A stretch of DNA of 58,387 nucleotides, counting the filler, from Sphacelaria rigidula (taxonomy: Eukaryota): NCBI GenBank assembly GCA_964200075.2. It is 4 parts of 4 records of this genome, joined end to end, with 100 filler letters (N's around TTAATTAATTAA, not from the genome) between each part and the next. Parts side by side here need not be neighbours in the genome. Positions count along the whole stretch, not along the records: positions 14,627 to 29,150 come from CAXNAA020002209.1; positions 29,251 to 43,770 come from CAXNAA020002210.1; 2 more parts are not named here. The stretch is one strand, 5' to 3'. The notes under the pieces are model-generated. The model had not been told where the DNA came from. It was given only the letters and a program-made list of their open reading frames with translations, and made no database searches. The position numbers were made by a program, and so were the translations under genes. Position 1 is the first letter of the stretch; every line of letters begins with the position of its first letter. Shown here one piece after another: positions 26,344-39,549 of this stretch.

Positions 26344-27599
26344 CAGTGGTGCTTTCTACGGAACTGACATTTGGGATGTAAGCCATCATTACTTGCGGCT
26401 ATGAAATGATGCCATCTCAAGCACAGTAGCTGTGTTCCATGAGGCACACAAGAAGCAAGGGAGAATCATGTCTTCACCGAATGAGGTATGTAAGTGGTGC
26501 AGGTGAGCACCTGCGACAGATGGCCCGCAAAATGGGCAAGTCGCCTTCAACGGTCCGACACAAGACGTTGATCCTCACGTTCGGAGCATTCCATGGAACA
26601 CAACCACTACTCAACGGGGCTCACCGTGAGTGTATATCAGATCACTCGCAGATCGAAAGGCCATACGGCTGATCGTCGGGCGGCCTTGCGGAAGCCACCT
26701 GGCTTCATCAGCGCAGGCAGCATACATGTCGATGACTTTTCCTCGCAAACGTTTGTCAGACGCCGACCAAACAGCGTCATGATGTGTCAATTGAGCATAG
26801 AGCTATAGTGACTCATCCTTTTCCAGCCGCACATGAGTGTGCACCCTGAACGAGGAAACACGAGAACAGTCGTCCATACTGCCGCTGGCACAACTGACCA
26901 TTCCTCTCATCTATGCAAATTACAACCATTAGTCCTCACCACTACTGCTACTGCTACCGAAGTGAAGACGTTCCCCGGATTTACAAGAAATAACGATCCG
27001 TCACGACGTTAGAGCACGTGGAACAAACGGTCCAGGGTGAGGCAGGCGTCTACAGTGCAAAGTTCGGAAAAGCGTCGAAACAAAACGAATCATGTACAGC
27101 CTCCTCCGCCGACTCTTCCCCTTCTGGTGATCCTCATACACTTCATGGTGATGCTCAGACATTCCACCAATCAGTCGTGCAGGATAATTTCATGGGTGCA
27201 GATATCTGTACCTCTTTTATGACGTCACTGGGGCATCAACTTCATATTCCATGTGCCTGGGTTGTTACAGTCATCCTACGGTATTGTGAACATACACCAT
27301 GAACTAAGGTCATACAGGTTACTGTTAAGATACCGGTTGACTGCTGAGCTATGCTAGCCAGCTAGCTCAGCAGTCAACCGTTATCTTAACAAAAGCCAAG
27401 CTCCCAGCGCCATCCTATCAGACATATGCCACATCCGCGGTTCACGGCAGATCTCGACCGACACACTCCGAACGTACAGCGCCGACGGGAAATCTGAGGG
27501 AGATCGTCGAGGGTCACGCCGGCGAAGTGGGCGCAGTGCGAGAGTGACGGACACTCCCATCATACGGAAAAGAGATGGCGACTGCACTGTTCTCTGCCG

Positions 27600-29050
27600 A
27601 TGGCAGCAGCTGTGATGGGTGGAGGTGTGGATGGGAATGATATGACAGAGGCTCCTCCGCGGATAGATGTTGAGACGGTGAAAGGCGGCGGGCGAGGTGG
27701 GGCGGCGCCGGCGCCAAGCACGGCGCCACGCGCGGATGCCGGCGTCAACGTGGGAGTTTGGACGACTCCACCTTCGTATATTGCGGCTTTATCAGGCGAC
27801 GAGGGGGGGGGCACAGCGGCGGGGACGCATCTGCAAGATGCGGGGGTCTCCCACCGTTCTACGTATGACTCGAAACCCCATCTCATTAGGTGGCGTGATG
27901 GCAGTGAGCCTGATCAGCGTATGCATAGCGCAGCTGGACCTGGTATAGGTGAGGGGGAGATGTCGACAGTCCACTTCGTCATCCACTCCAGGACCTTAGT
28001 CAAGAAGCACTCGAAGAAATGGCTATTTTAGTCACTTCCATCGACACTGATCAGTGGATGCTTGTACTGTTGGCCATGTCGTGCGGGCATATCCAGCCGC
28101 AAGGCCTCAAAGCGGTCCAATGAACTGCCAAACGCATGGTTAACGGGAGGCCCTGATACATCCTGGTGAACAGGGTGTACAGCGCGATCGTGACTCTGAG
28201 GGACGGAAGTAAAAGTGCCTGGCCTCCCGACGGACAGTATGGTTAGCTGACGCATCCTGTCAAGGTAGCGCTGTTCGTTTTCACCCACCTATTGGCTGGC
28301 TGTGACTTACTGCCGCGTGTATCCGGGATTCCTTTCCTCAAGATGTGGGGATTCGTGCTGAAGGCCTTGAGAACGCCGAATCCGTTCACTGAACTGATGA
28401 TGGTGATGGAAGGAAGTAGGGCGAGGGTGACTGTCAACGAGGGAGTGAAGCTGCTTGCTACGGTATTTTTCTTCGGGTACGAAAACGCTTTTGCGCAAAT
28501 CGCCGCGGATCCTGGACTTACGACATGTGGACAGAAGTTGAAGCCATTCGTGAACGAGATCCACCTGTGTATCTCCACAGCACATGAACACATGCCTTCT
28601 CGCTGCCGCCCGATTGGGACGCATGTAGCATGCACATGGCAAAGTTCGATGCAGTATTCGAATATTGGGGAGCGGTTTTTGGGAAGAGCATGCCCGCCGT
28701 GGACTTCAACGGGCGCGGACGGGGCGTTGAACCGGAAAACAAAAATCACCATAAAGGGTGGGGTGAAGACGGCGAGCAGAGGGATGGTGGAGCTTACACG
28801 GGACAAGATAGTGGAGTACTTGTCAAGCCCCGCGTACATGGATACACCCGGGAACGTGCGAACCCTCCGATGTGCTTGCAAGCCAGAAAGGGCAGCGCCA
28901 AGACGTGAGCGGTGCCAGGGATGCAGGTGTTTGGAGAACTGCACGCTGAGCTGCGGTTGCCAGAGCCGATGCTTGTTGCTCCCTCTCACTTCCCCGGCGA
29001 CAGACGCAACTTCCACGGGTAATACCGCCGCAGTAGAAGTCGGTGCACGC
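27600..29050 (+). pseudogene. XPG/FEN1-like PIN nuclease with C-terminal Cys cluster (Academ-transposase-like), disrupted
   Basis: GIGEGE, frameshift, ILVTSIDTDQWMLVLL, FTHLLAGCD..P.VSG, then CACK..CQGCRC..CTLSCGCQSRC; three in-frame stops between 28100 and 28250. Confidence 0.7.
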
Positions 29051-29150
29051 CGCCGTAGTCGTAACGGAAGGAATGGACCGACGGCGAACCGTGGGAGGTG
29101 TACTCATGATCATGCATGCCATAGTCATCAGATCATTGACCTCGCATCTC

Positions 29151-29250
29151 NNNNNNNNNNNNNNNNNNNNNNNNNNNNNNNNNNNNNNNNNNNNTTAATT
29201 AATTAANNNNNNNNNNNNNNNNNNNNNNNNNNNNNNNNNNNNNNNNNNNN
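29151..29250. other. Artificial contig linker
   Basis: Same 100-bp N/TTAATTAATTAA/N block. Confidence 0.97.
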
Positions 29251-29333
29251 TGCAATGGAGGGATGGGACTTCAACCTCATATTATGTTTCAACCCCAAAA
29301 ATTAGGATCGGCTGTTAACTGAGAATCGTCGGT

Positions 29334-31320
29334 TCAACCAGACCAAGTCGCCGAATACGCAGACGGCGCTGTTAGAGCCGTCGCAGCAGTAGGAGATGCA
29401 CCAGACACGGATCCTGCCTGGCCGAGGGGTTGCGAACCTTTCGCGCCAGCACTCCCCACCGACGTATTTGCATTTCCCACGTACACAGTCCGCCCCGCTA
29501 CGGACAAAAATAAAGATCCAGAGTCACCACCTGATGACGTAGTGGAAGAAACAGCAGCGGAGGAACCACCATCCGCCGCCGATTGCTTGCTACCGCGGCC
29601 GCCGCGCCCGCGTCCCTGACTGGCACGGCGCCGTCCACCGTACGACCGCCTCGAGATCCTGAACAACCTCGCGCATTTTCTTGAGCAGCGCCTTGAGCGC
29701 GAGGCTTGGGACAGTCCTTAATCAGATGCCCGGTGTCGCTTGCAGTCAAATGAAACCAAGCCGTAGGTTTCAGTATAATCGCATGCATGGTTGGAGTAGT
29801 GACGGGGAACAGGAGATCCTGGATTGATGGTCCTTGTCTGTGTGGCCCCCTGCTGTCTGGCTCTTGATGTGGTCTGTTGAGGATAACTCCGTGATAACAA
29901 CAAGTGAGAAGAAAAAACTTGTCGAGCAGGAGGCCAGTGCTGCTGTAGGAGTCCCTCGTTGATAGTCCTCTTGTCCAGGTCGTCTGGCAGAGGCTACAAG
30001 CCGCAGTTGCAACACGCGCGAGTGGACGGTGCTCGCGAAGACGGCTGCTGTTGTTGCTGTTGCTGTTGCTGTTGCTGTTTGCGGCGCGCATTACCTTCAC
30101 TTGTTGCATAATCGCGCCGGCCATGTGCCTCAATCAACTCCCACTCACTGGTCGGCGGCATCAAATATTTCATTGAGCCCCACCGTCGGATTATGTTTCC
30201 AGCCGTCAACATGCGTTAGTACACTTCTAACATACGCCTTGAATTCTGGAGGCGAAATCCCGTCCACCAAAGCTATGGACACCGAGTCGGCCGGGCCTGG
30301 CAACCAACTCAAGCCCTCCGCGCGGTACATGTGTGTAGGCTTGCTTGAGGTGGGTCGCTTTGGAGAGTAAATAGTGTGGGGCTATTTCACTCTGTCAATA
30401 AAACTCTTGGACACTATAAAACTGTCCATCCAAACTGTCCATACCTTAGACTCTTGGTACTCAACCCTTCAACATTCTGACAATATGCTGACTCTCTGTA
30501 TACGAGCTGTACAGTACATGAGCTATTCATTATTCTACGACGAATATCTCACACACTGCACTACTTCGGTTATTCCGACGATCTCTATTCTAACGATGAA
30601 CCGTTACTGGTTTTCCCGCTAATCCCGACCATGTATATTCGGAACTATTATTTCTCAAACTTCCAACACATGGCTTGCACCGTGAAGTAGCCTGAGAAAA
30701 AAAGGTTCCATCGATGAGCTGACCATCATCGCACGATCCTTGACGGATTTTCCGCCGCTTTGCGTAGCATAGTAAGAACTCTGCGTAGGTCTGCTGCAGG
30801 CCGCGCAGTGTCATCCTTGCCGCCGGTTGTGGTGTACCCGGCATGCTGCTTCACAGCATCTAGCAATATGTCGGGGGTCATAGCCCGACGGTCCTCGTAC
30901 ATGCCTTCGAAGCACAGGTGAATATATGTGGGAATAAGTTGATCGATGCTCACCCTGGCATGCCTTATGACACCTGATGCATTGGGCAAATGAAACCTCT
31001 CTAAATAGTCGAGATATTTGATCCAAATTGTCTTTTGGGCTTCCTCTGTCCACACTTCGCCATACTTTGGCGGTTCTAGTGGCTCACCTAACACCAGCGG
31101 CGCTGCCGCCTCTTGAGTCATGCCGTCTAGAATTCACCACTTCACGGAGATTCTCTTGCTTGACTTGTGTATCCTCCAGCCCACGGCGCGTCCTCCACTG
31201 CTGTGCGCTTCAAGTTGGCTTCAAGTTGGTCTCTTCGGCTGCGGGCCAAGCTGGCTCCCAGCTGCGGCCCCTCTCCTCGGCCAAACTCCTCTAACAGAAT
31301 GCCGAAAAAAACAATATCTG
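29334..31320 (-). mobile_element. LTR-retrotransposon gag remnant with nested insertions
   Basis: Frames 30726-31121 and 30145-30330; zinc knuckle CCNCG/DTGHLIKDC split by the insertion at 29741-29998. Confidence 0.65.
29741..29998 (-). mobile_element. Internally deleted solo-LTR-like copy of the 31326-32294 element
   Basis: TG...CA ends; both ends match the ends of 31326-32294 in inverted orientation. Confidence 0.65.
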
Positions 31321-31325
31321 GATAT

Positions 31326-32294
31326 TGTAGCCTCTGCCAGACGATCTGGACAAGAGGACTATCAACGAGGGACTTCTCCAGTAGCACCTGTTGGAAATAT
31401 TTGTGGCTCGTGGTGTTTGGTACTTTTCTCGGAACAGACCGACTACCGTCGCGGAGACAGTAGTTTAGCAGAGGTTGCACAGTGGTAGTCAAACCACTTG
31501 CTTCTGCAGCAGACAGAAAGTGCAAAGACAAAAATGGTGTTTGGGGCTCTTCACTTCGGCCGAACAAAATTCAGGCAGCCTCTTTTGCAAGCAGAGTGCT
31601 GAGCAAATAAAGAACAGCTGGGTAAGCTTGGTAAGCTTGGGAGAGTGATTGCAAGGGCGATGGACCGCCGCTTACAACCATGTTCAATCCTGGAAAAAGA
31701 ATCCAACACTCTACACGTACGTAAGGTCTAATCGTATCATCCAATTCAATCTCGCTATTGCTGAGGCGGTAGCCTTACTGGCATAGATTAACTGCAAAGT
31801 TGCACACAAGATATCCTGTAGCTTACGTGGCCTAAATACTCTGCTAGAGTATCTTTCATTGTCAAATGATGGCAACACGCCTACTGTAGCAGTATCCTAC
31901 CTGAAAAGTCATTCACACAGGTAGACTAGAAATCAATACAAAAGAGGTACTCTCTGTGAAAAGGATACTAATGAAACGGTCTTACGTGGTTCGTTGTTTC
32001 CTTGAAACGCAACAGGTTGTACCGCTATCTTTTGTTGCAACAACTCTATTCAAACATAATGAATAAAGACTACATCGTCTAGATTTTTCCAACAGCACCG
32101 GCCTCGTGCGCGACACGCCCCTTCTTCTCACTTGTCATTATAACTGGGTGATCCTCAACAGACCACATCAAGAGCCAATCAGCAAGGGGCCATACAGATA
32201 AGGGTAATCAACCCAGGATCCCCTGGTCCCCGTAACTGCTCCAATCCTGCACACGATTATACTGAAACCTACGGCTTGGTATCATTTCGCCACA
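31326..32294 (+). mobile_element. LTR-like element, about 970 bp
   Basis: TGTAGC...GCCACA termini; ends shared with 29741-29998; followed by TGG (possible PBS, tRNA not identified). Confidence 0.55.
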
Positions 32295-32806
32295 TGGCCT
32301 ACCCTCGCGGTCTAAGGGTTAACCCTAAGACCGCGATGCGGGCAGTCCACTTGGATCACGAAATTGATTCCGATCCATCAGGTGACCTACCCTCGCGGTC
32401 AAAAGGTTCAAGCACGCTAAGATCTGTACTGTGGTCTACAGGTCAGCATAAGTAAGCCTACGTGGAAAAGCTAGTACTGCCTCCAAGCATCATGGCATCA
32501 CTCGACCAGGATGAACCCTTGTTGCATTTACATCGGCGTCACGTCAATGCAATAATATTTCGTTAGTTTGAGTCCAAAGGTGCAACGAAATAAAACACAT
32601 TTCTATACACGCACGGAGTCATACGAAGCAAATAGAATCGAAGCACGTTCCTCCCACACCTCATCGAATAATCGTTGCTTTAATCCGCCGACACTATACA
32701 TGCCAGCTGGGAAGCCACGACTCGACCCACTTACAATGAAATCCCCACCACAACAGGAGAGATATCTCCAAGTTATGGAAATAGTAGTAACCGAGATTGA
32801 TTCGAT

Positions 32807-33390
32807 TTGATTTGATTGATTGTCGCACTTTAACTGACCACCGATAGGTCCAGCCGTGGTCGCACGATAGACGTACCCGAGAAAAGAAAAACGGAGACAC
32901 TCGTTCCAGAAAACAAGGGAGAAGAAAAAAAGCGAACAGAACGGCATAGTAGACGAGGGCGTAAAAGTTTATATTAATAAAGAAATAAAGAAAGAAAAAT
33001 CAACAAAAAGCAAAGCATAGAAAGAGATGGCCGACTTGAAAAAAGAAATTGGGAGCAGACACAAAATGAAATAAAATAGGAATATAAAAAGAAAAATCCC
33101 ACGGGATTCAGGGCAGCAGAGCTGATACAGACACACACCAGTGGGCACTGCAGAGCCACCGACTAAGGACATACTCAACAACCGATATGAGCAGACAGGA
33201 TTCTTCGATTGGCGGCCCTCGACGCAGCAGCCTCTCGCTTGTGATGACGGTCTGGTTATCGTCTATCCATACGTCGCCACGTGTCCTCCTTTTTCTTCCG
33301 CTCCTTTGTCGACTACGATATGCCATTTTCCCATGATGGCACCGAAAATGACAACACCACCTCTGAGGCTCATCGGGCCATCCTCCCGAG
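32807..33390 (-). mobile_element. 5'-truncated RTE-like LINE (ORF C-terminus, 3' UTR, ATCAA tail)
   Basis: GKWHIVVDKGAEEKEDTWRR resembles the RTE ORF end; T-rich UTR; tail CAATCAATCAAATCAAATC. Confidence 0.7.
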
Positions 33391-34414
33391 GGAAACTTCG
33401 AGCTTTGGGTATTCAAACGTTAGAAAATAGTAATAGTACATTAGTATATCACTTGCGTGTGTGTCCTTATGGGTCCCGCGCCTCCTTGCATACTGTAGTA
33501 CCGTGCGCCTGGTAGGGTGCGATACTTCAGTCACCATGAGCTTGGCGGAGGTAGGGGGTTCGAGTTAGGGTGGCAGTGGTGGCATGTCATAAAGAGGGAG
33601 TTAGCTAATGCAGTGGCTGGGGTCTATCAGTATGAGTGCCGGGAGATACCATGGTGTCAGCCTCACCAAGCTCCCACGTGGGCAAACTCAGACAGACCCA
33701 GCTATCCTCCCTTGACTTATCACAATGTAGATTCGTTCATGTTCAGACTCTTGATAAGGAACTCACGTGTTTGCTTAGCATCATATTTTATCTACAAGTA
33801 GCTCTCTTACTCAATACAGCCGCGGGGCAGCCATAGAAGCAGAGCGTAGTGATGGCCCAGGGTAGACCACGGCAAGGGCAGCAACTGATCAAGAAGGGGG
33901 ACCGCTGCGTGGGGCCGCGGCTAAACAACCCTAACTTATGACAGTAGCAAACGCGGTAACAACGCGTCAGGGAATCCAGGGTCTAGGAGCAGACCCGCAC
34001 AGAGTATATCTTGCAACGCCTCTGAGCTTCATCACAGGCAGCGGTAGTGGCGGAGTTCGTGAAGGCAGTAGGATCCGCCAAAAAAGGTGCCCCACAGGAA
34101 GCTCGTAAATAGCTCCTTGCATAGAGGGGATGCCGGTGATCACTAGACAACAACCCCTCTACATGGTAAGGGTTATAGGCACGAGATTAGCGAAACGAAC
34201 CAGGTTTCGAATCACAGTCTCGTGGGGGAGAGGTCTGTGAAACCATGGTACACCTCCCCTCCCACCCAAAAGGCACTTCTTCGAGACAAAGGTACCAATG
34301 CCAAAATTTGGAGCCTTGGCGTTTGTTTTTCTCGAGTTCATGGCGCCTCATGTTGTCTCCTGAGTGTTTCGTTTTGCACACGTACGACAACCACGCAACA
34401 ACTGAAACCCGAAG

Positions 34415-37400
34415 GTGTTCACGATTCGCCGAATAATTGGAGAGACCGTGCTGGAGCGAAACGAGGGCCTGTGGAGGGAGGTCGATGCCCTCGAGGACAT
34501 CCTAAGACAGATCCAGGCGAGCCACCGCTACCTCGATCAGTTTACCGCGAAACTAGTTAGCAAGTGTGCTGTCTCATTTCTGATTTTGTCGTTGTTGGAA
34601 GGCATTCATGAAAAGGCTATGTTTGCAGGTAGGTACACGTGGCAATGGCAACTGTTTCTGTTGTCCAAGACGGTACTGGAAGATGCCACGTACTCTTTTC
34701 GTGAGAGGTTTCCAACACTAGCTACGACATCGTGTCTTGGATGTATCTTCTGCTTGATGTGTCACTACTGCACGTGGGTCCGAAAAGGCTACACAACTCC
34801 GCTCAGCACAAAGGCTCGTTTCTCTCGCCGTCTTCATGGTGCGCCCAATCGCCATCAACATCATCGTTCTACTTGCCAAGAACACAAAACCTCGAAGTAA
34901 ACTTGACGCCATATCACAGAGTCATAACCAAGAGCTTTCGGCTAAGCTAGCACAGCGGCCGATCATGACCGTCGGCCTGGAACGAAATTTGCTAGAATGT
35001 CACTTGCGATTACTGCTCGGAAAGCTTGGAGAAAGCAACCATGCACCGGGACGGGGAGGTGGGTTATTGTTTTGCATTGCACTCTTAAGCTGCGCTTAGG
35101 GTGGCACTGTTGTTGTGACTTGCGTGACTATGAAAATACGTTCTACGATAGCCCCCTCCCCAAAACGTGGCTGGTTTGGGGAGACAATATCTACTCGTGA
35201 ATCGAAAAGGAAAAAGTCGAACGCAACGGGCAGCTGGGGATTCCCACGCCTGGGTTCGTTTTCGCCAGTTTCGCCCCTACGAGGCGCTTCATGCAGCCTG
35301 AAATCCAACATCAAGCGCTGAATGGCCATTTGTAGCGTGACACTTTTGGGCTGAGTGTGTTTTTGGGGGAGGGATAGTAGAAAGATTCGAAGGTACAAAT
35401 CACAATTATGCAGGGCGAAATATGGGAACTTCACCGATTCCACGTCGACTACCATCAGGGTAGGGCGCGAGGGCTACTTGGGTACATGGCATTAAGAGTC
35501 ATCCACAAGCATCTTATCGAATTCTGCAAAGTGATTGCCTCCGCTGCGGGTGGATCAATATATATATATATATATCCCCGGAACTTTCCACACCAATCCT
35601 CCCACGTCAATCAATCCCTACAGTTCTGAATCCGCAAGCTGACTGCTCTGATGACCACGGGGCAAAAACCATCGGCAGTCGCAGTGCAGGAGGGCGAGAT
35701 GATCGCGTACATAGAAGCAACGGTCTTTGTGGCGCTCTTGATGCTCCAGGCTCTCTGCGACGCTGGCGAATGCCCATGAGAGATGACGAATCACTGCCAC
35801 TCCGGAATTCTTTGGAAAAGGCTTGTTGCACGACAAAAAGGGGGTAAGCCCAGAGAAACGCTTGCTTAACGCCTTCATCACCAGGAGTTTGGGCGCTGTC
35901 ATCCACACTGTGCGCATCGCATTTCATCGGCTGGTGCGATGGTGGAGAAATGCAGCGGCTCGCGGTGGAAATAGGGAGTAAGCTACGTCAAGCGACGCCT
36001 GAAAGTTCATGCAATGCATCTTCTCTCCACGGACTTCTTGTGGTGACCATACCCTTTAACACCTTGCTTCCACCCCTTCCTTCGTCCCCTTGGATCATGA
36101 TTCTGTCTGTTGTTGGTGTCAATTCATCAACCCAATCAACGTAATTGATATATGAAATCAATCAACGGGAACAAAATGACAACCAGCCGTGAGTGCTGCG
36201 GCTGCACGCATGAAGATACGCAGCTATCACAACACCGCAGCAGCAGCAACATCAATCGCAGCAGAAAACATGGAGCCAGCAGTGCCCCGTCAAGAGCCAC
36301 AACCACCGCGACAACCTCCATCATCAACCCTTTCATACCACTAGAAAACCACCAAGATCAGGCGGTGTACGAGTTTTTAGCGGCCGGCAGAAGCGAAATC
36401 ACTACGGGTAGGCAAGGGCAGAGTGGATGCGCAGGCGGTGACGGCGAGGGGAACAGGGGGAATCAGGGTGGAGATGGCAAGATTGTTATGATGCGACCGG
36501 GAACTTCGAGGCCAAGCACCTCACGGTCGGCCAGGTTTGAATATGTGGGAGTGGTGATTGACAAGGGCGCCGTCCCTGAATGCGATGGTAGCGGTGAACA
36601 TGCTCGGTATGCCTTAGGCATGAAAGATCATTGACCAAGTATCCTCGAGAGGACAGAGTGTTGCTCCTGCACGTTCGTTCGTACGATGCGCTGCTGGGAG
36701 GATGATGTCGATAGGGAAACTTGTGAGGAGTTATTCGCCTATAGCCCCACCGCTTACGCGCATACATATCTAAACATGCGATTGTGATACCGTTAAATAG
36801 CTGGCTCCACACATATTGAAGACACTCACTCCTTCACCAGCCTTCATTTCGCATGGCAATCACTACCTGTTCGCCGGAGTATGTGGTGAGAAAGCACGAA
36901 CTGCGAAAACCATTTCGCCGACTTTTTGTTCGTATATCTTGCGGAGCTCGCGTTCTACTCGCCTAAACGCCTGAGCGCACACTCATATTTCGATGCCGGA
37001 CTGCTGCCGCACCAGTTTCTATTTCCATCGAAGTATCTCAGCTCAGTTTCTGATGTATTCGTCTCTCATTTCCTCGAACGTCTCAACCACCTGAAAAGTG
37101 TTTTTTCGTTTCGAATTGCGATGAAAGATCTGCGCCGGAATGCTTGGAATCAAGGCGTTGCGTTTCGATCGCCACGATAGATGCCGCCCTTGAAGACCTA
37201 CGAGCAGCCTTCGACGACGAGGCCAAGGTACAATTGAGCCAGCACAACATTGCCGTAGATGGGTGCGATAAGAACCCTTCCTGAACCCCCGGTCAACCGC
37301 GGTTTGGCAGCTATGATATGGCTTTGAAGCCCCGAGCACCTCTTGGCCTTCAAGACATCGGAGCCGAGAACGACCGAGTAGGTATTTTAGGGCTCTGGTT

Positions 37401-38274
37401 GCAGACACGCTCTGTTTTGGCGCACCCGATTAATTGACCAAAGACATTTCCCTCGCTCAACGAATGATACAAGAGTAACGCGGATAGCATGGTTTGAACA
37501 AGCACTGCTTCCTACTGGGTTGAGACTTGTTCGGGCCTCAGGCTTGTGTCCCGACATACTATTGAATGGTATTACATCGTTGCCTGTTCTTAACTCCCTC
37601 TATCCATTCCTTTGCCTTATAATGGTATCTCAACCTCCCGCGTGTCTCTGTTCACTGTGAAACGTTCCATGGCACTTCGCCATTGAAATGCTCGATTCGA
37701 CATGGACATTCCTTCTGCTTGCAAACAATGAATAAAGACGCTACTAGGAGAGGTCGAAGATCTGACCTCTCTCCTTGAAGAGGAAGCCAAAGGCAAGGCA
37801 GGAGTCGAGAGAAAAATACACCACCAACAACAACAGCACCCCCTTGTATCTTCCTCCGAGCTCCGACGCTACGGCAAGAAGCTTGAAGACGCGGTGCGAC
37901 TGCGAGAGCATGCCAAGGAAGTCGAGGATCGCCTATCGCGGTTGTCGTTGTCATCTCCCGCACTAATGACCCCCCTTGACAGGCCACAACGTGTGGGGGC
38001 ACTACAGAATTCGCCTGCAGGCGGTGTTGATAGTACTTATGAAATCGATCATGCGGCGATGCAAGGTGACAGTGACTACCCAACGAGCTGTGAATGCGCT
38101 GGTCCTACGAACGGTGGGGGACGTAGGAGGAGTGGTGGCAGCAGTGCCGAGTTCGGTGGTGACAGTGGTGGCGGCGGTGGTATTGGTAGTAGAACGCGCG
38201 AAAAAGTGGCGGGGGCAGTGCGCACGTCCCGAACAGAGCAGATCCTGGAAGACGAGGAGAAGTTCTTGAACTAG
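34415..38274 (+). CDS. CCDC24-like coiled-coil protein, 5' part unresolved; exons 34415-34516, 34920-35058, 35956-35977 (tentative), 36241-36534, 37128-37227, 37738-38274
   Basis: Splice phases are mutually consistent, with one GC donor at 34517; peptides IRRIIGETVLERNEGLWREVDALEDIL, ERNLLECHLRLLL, RPGTSRPSTSR, IDAALEDLRAAFDDEAK|TLLGEVEDLTSLLEEE and ELRRYGKKLE follow the CCDC24 block order as I recall it. Confidence 0.7.
35096..35930 (-). pseudogene. Decayed copy of the unrecognised domain, inside an intron of the CCDC24-like gene
   Basis: FALHNCDLYLRIFLLSLP aligns with WVLFNMEIYQRSVIDDLP (47.3 kb); DNA 35225-35320 resembles 42980-43075. Confidence 0.55.
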
Positions 38275-39549
38275 GCGATGAAGGAGTGTTTTTTTTCCGA
38301 TAGTGCAATTTTTCAGGGTCTAAATTTATACAGGGGTATCGGAGGCGTCTGCCGCCGAGCTCAACGAGTCGAGTTCCGAGAGACATGGTCACTGGCGGTA
38401 GTATGCGACATTGTAATGTTTCAGTACGGCACATCGCTACACTGTTCTTGATGGAAAACAGATATAACATATTTCAGTCAGAACAGCGCACGCAAGTGTT
38501 TGCTGGACAGGCGATGAACGCACGTTCAAGGCTCCTGCCAATGCCAAGACGCTCCTTCTACAGCAGCCCCGAATATGTGACTGTCAATGTTCCTTGTCAG
38601 CCACAATCAACTGGCATCACTTTCTATCGATGGTTATTGTAGGCAACAATAGATTAAGGACAAGGAACGAAATATATTATTGTCGGGACAACGGAATAAG
38701 TAAGTCGTCTACCGATACATGGTATCTGTTCCAATAGGCTCTGAATTGCGACCTCCACCGTATATCGCTCGTCACAGTAGGAGAAAAGAGGCTCATAAGT
38801 GAATCGGACGACCTGCCACACTCGCAGTGCCCTTGTAATTGGTTCAAAACGGTGTCAATCGGTATGAATGAGCGTTATTATCTGTAGCAGTTAATCTCGT
38901 TCGAGCAACCGTTGCTCCTTTCAATGACGATTTGACTTGTTGGAATTTCGTACAAAAAGTGGCCCAAAATCCTCCCCCCCTATCGTAGGATGACTCCGAT
39001 ACACATTATTTTTCGGTGGATGTTTTCACCTTGCACAAAATCATTGCTAGCTGTTGCCTCAGGTAGTTGCATGTGTTGATGCATTTGATTATTGGCATTA
39101 ATGCTCTCGTGAGACCACTGCAGTGAACAATTTATTTGTTGGTGTATTTATTCGAAGGCCATTGCTAGCGATACTGGCCATCGACAGATGCTCTCTACAA
39201 TAACCCATTGTCGATTGCCATGGCTATCGATAAATACCCCCAAATCCATTGGCGGCAAAGGTTATCGGTGAATTGTTGGCCAAATTTATTGATGACGGGA
39301 ACGGTTGTTATCGATTATGACGGCAACGGCTATTGATGGATGGCTCACAAAAATCTTTTGATCACGGCAATGACTATCGGTAGATATATCCCAGAACCTA
39401 CTGCGGGGTACGATGTTCATCGATGGCCAGGAATTGTAATCTATAGGACAATGTGCAATAGGCTATTGATCGACGCTTGCAACATCTATTATTTTCGCTT
39501 GCAACATATATGCTGTATCAAGATATGTGTTTCACCGTCTAAGGTTCGA

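Noticed and set aside
28243-29016. Minus-strand 257-aa ORF
   Set aside because: Antisense shadow of the XPG-like frame
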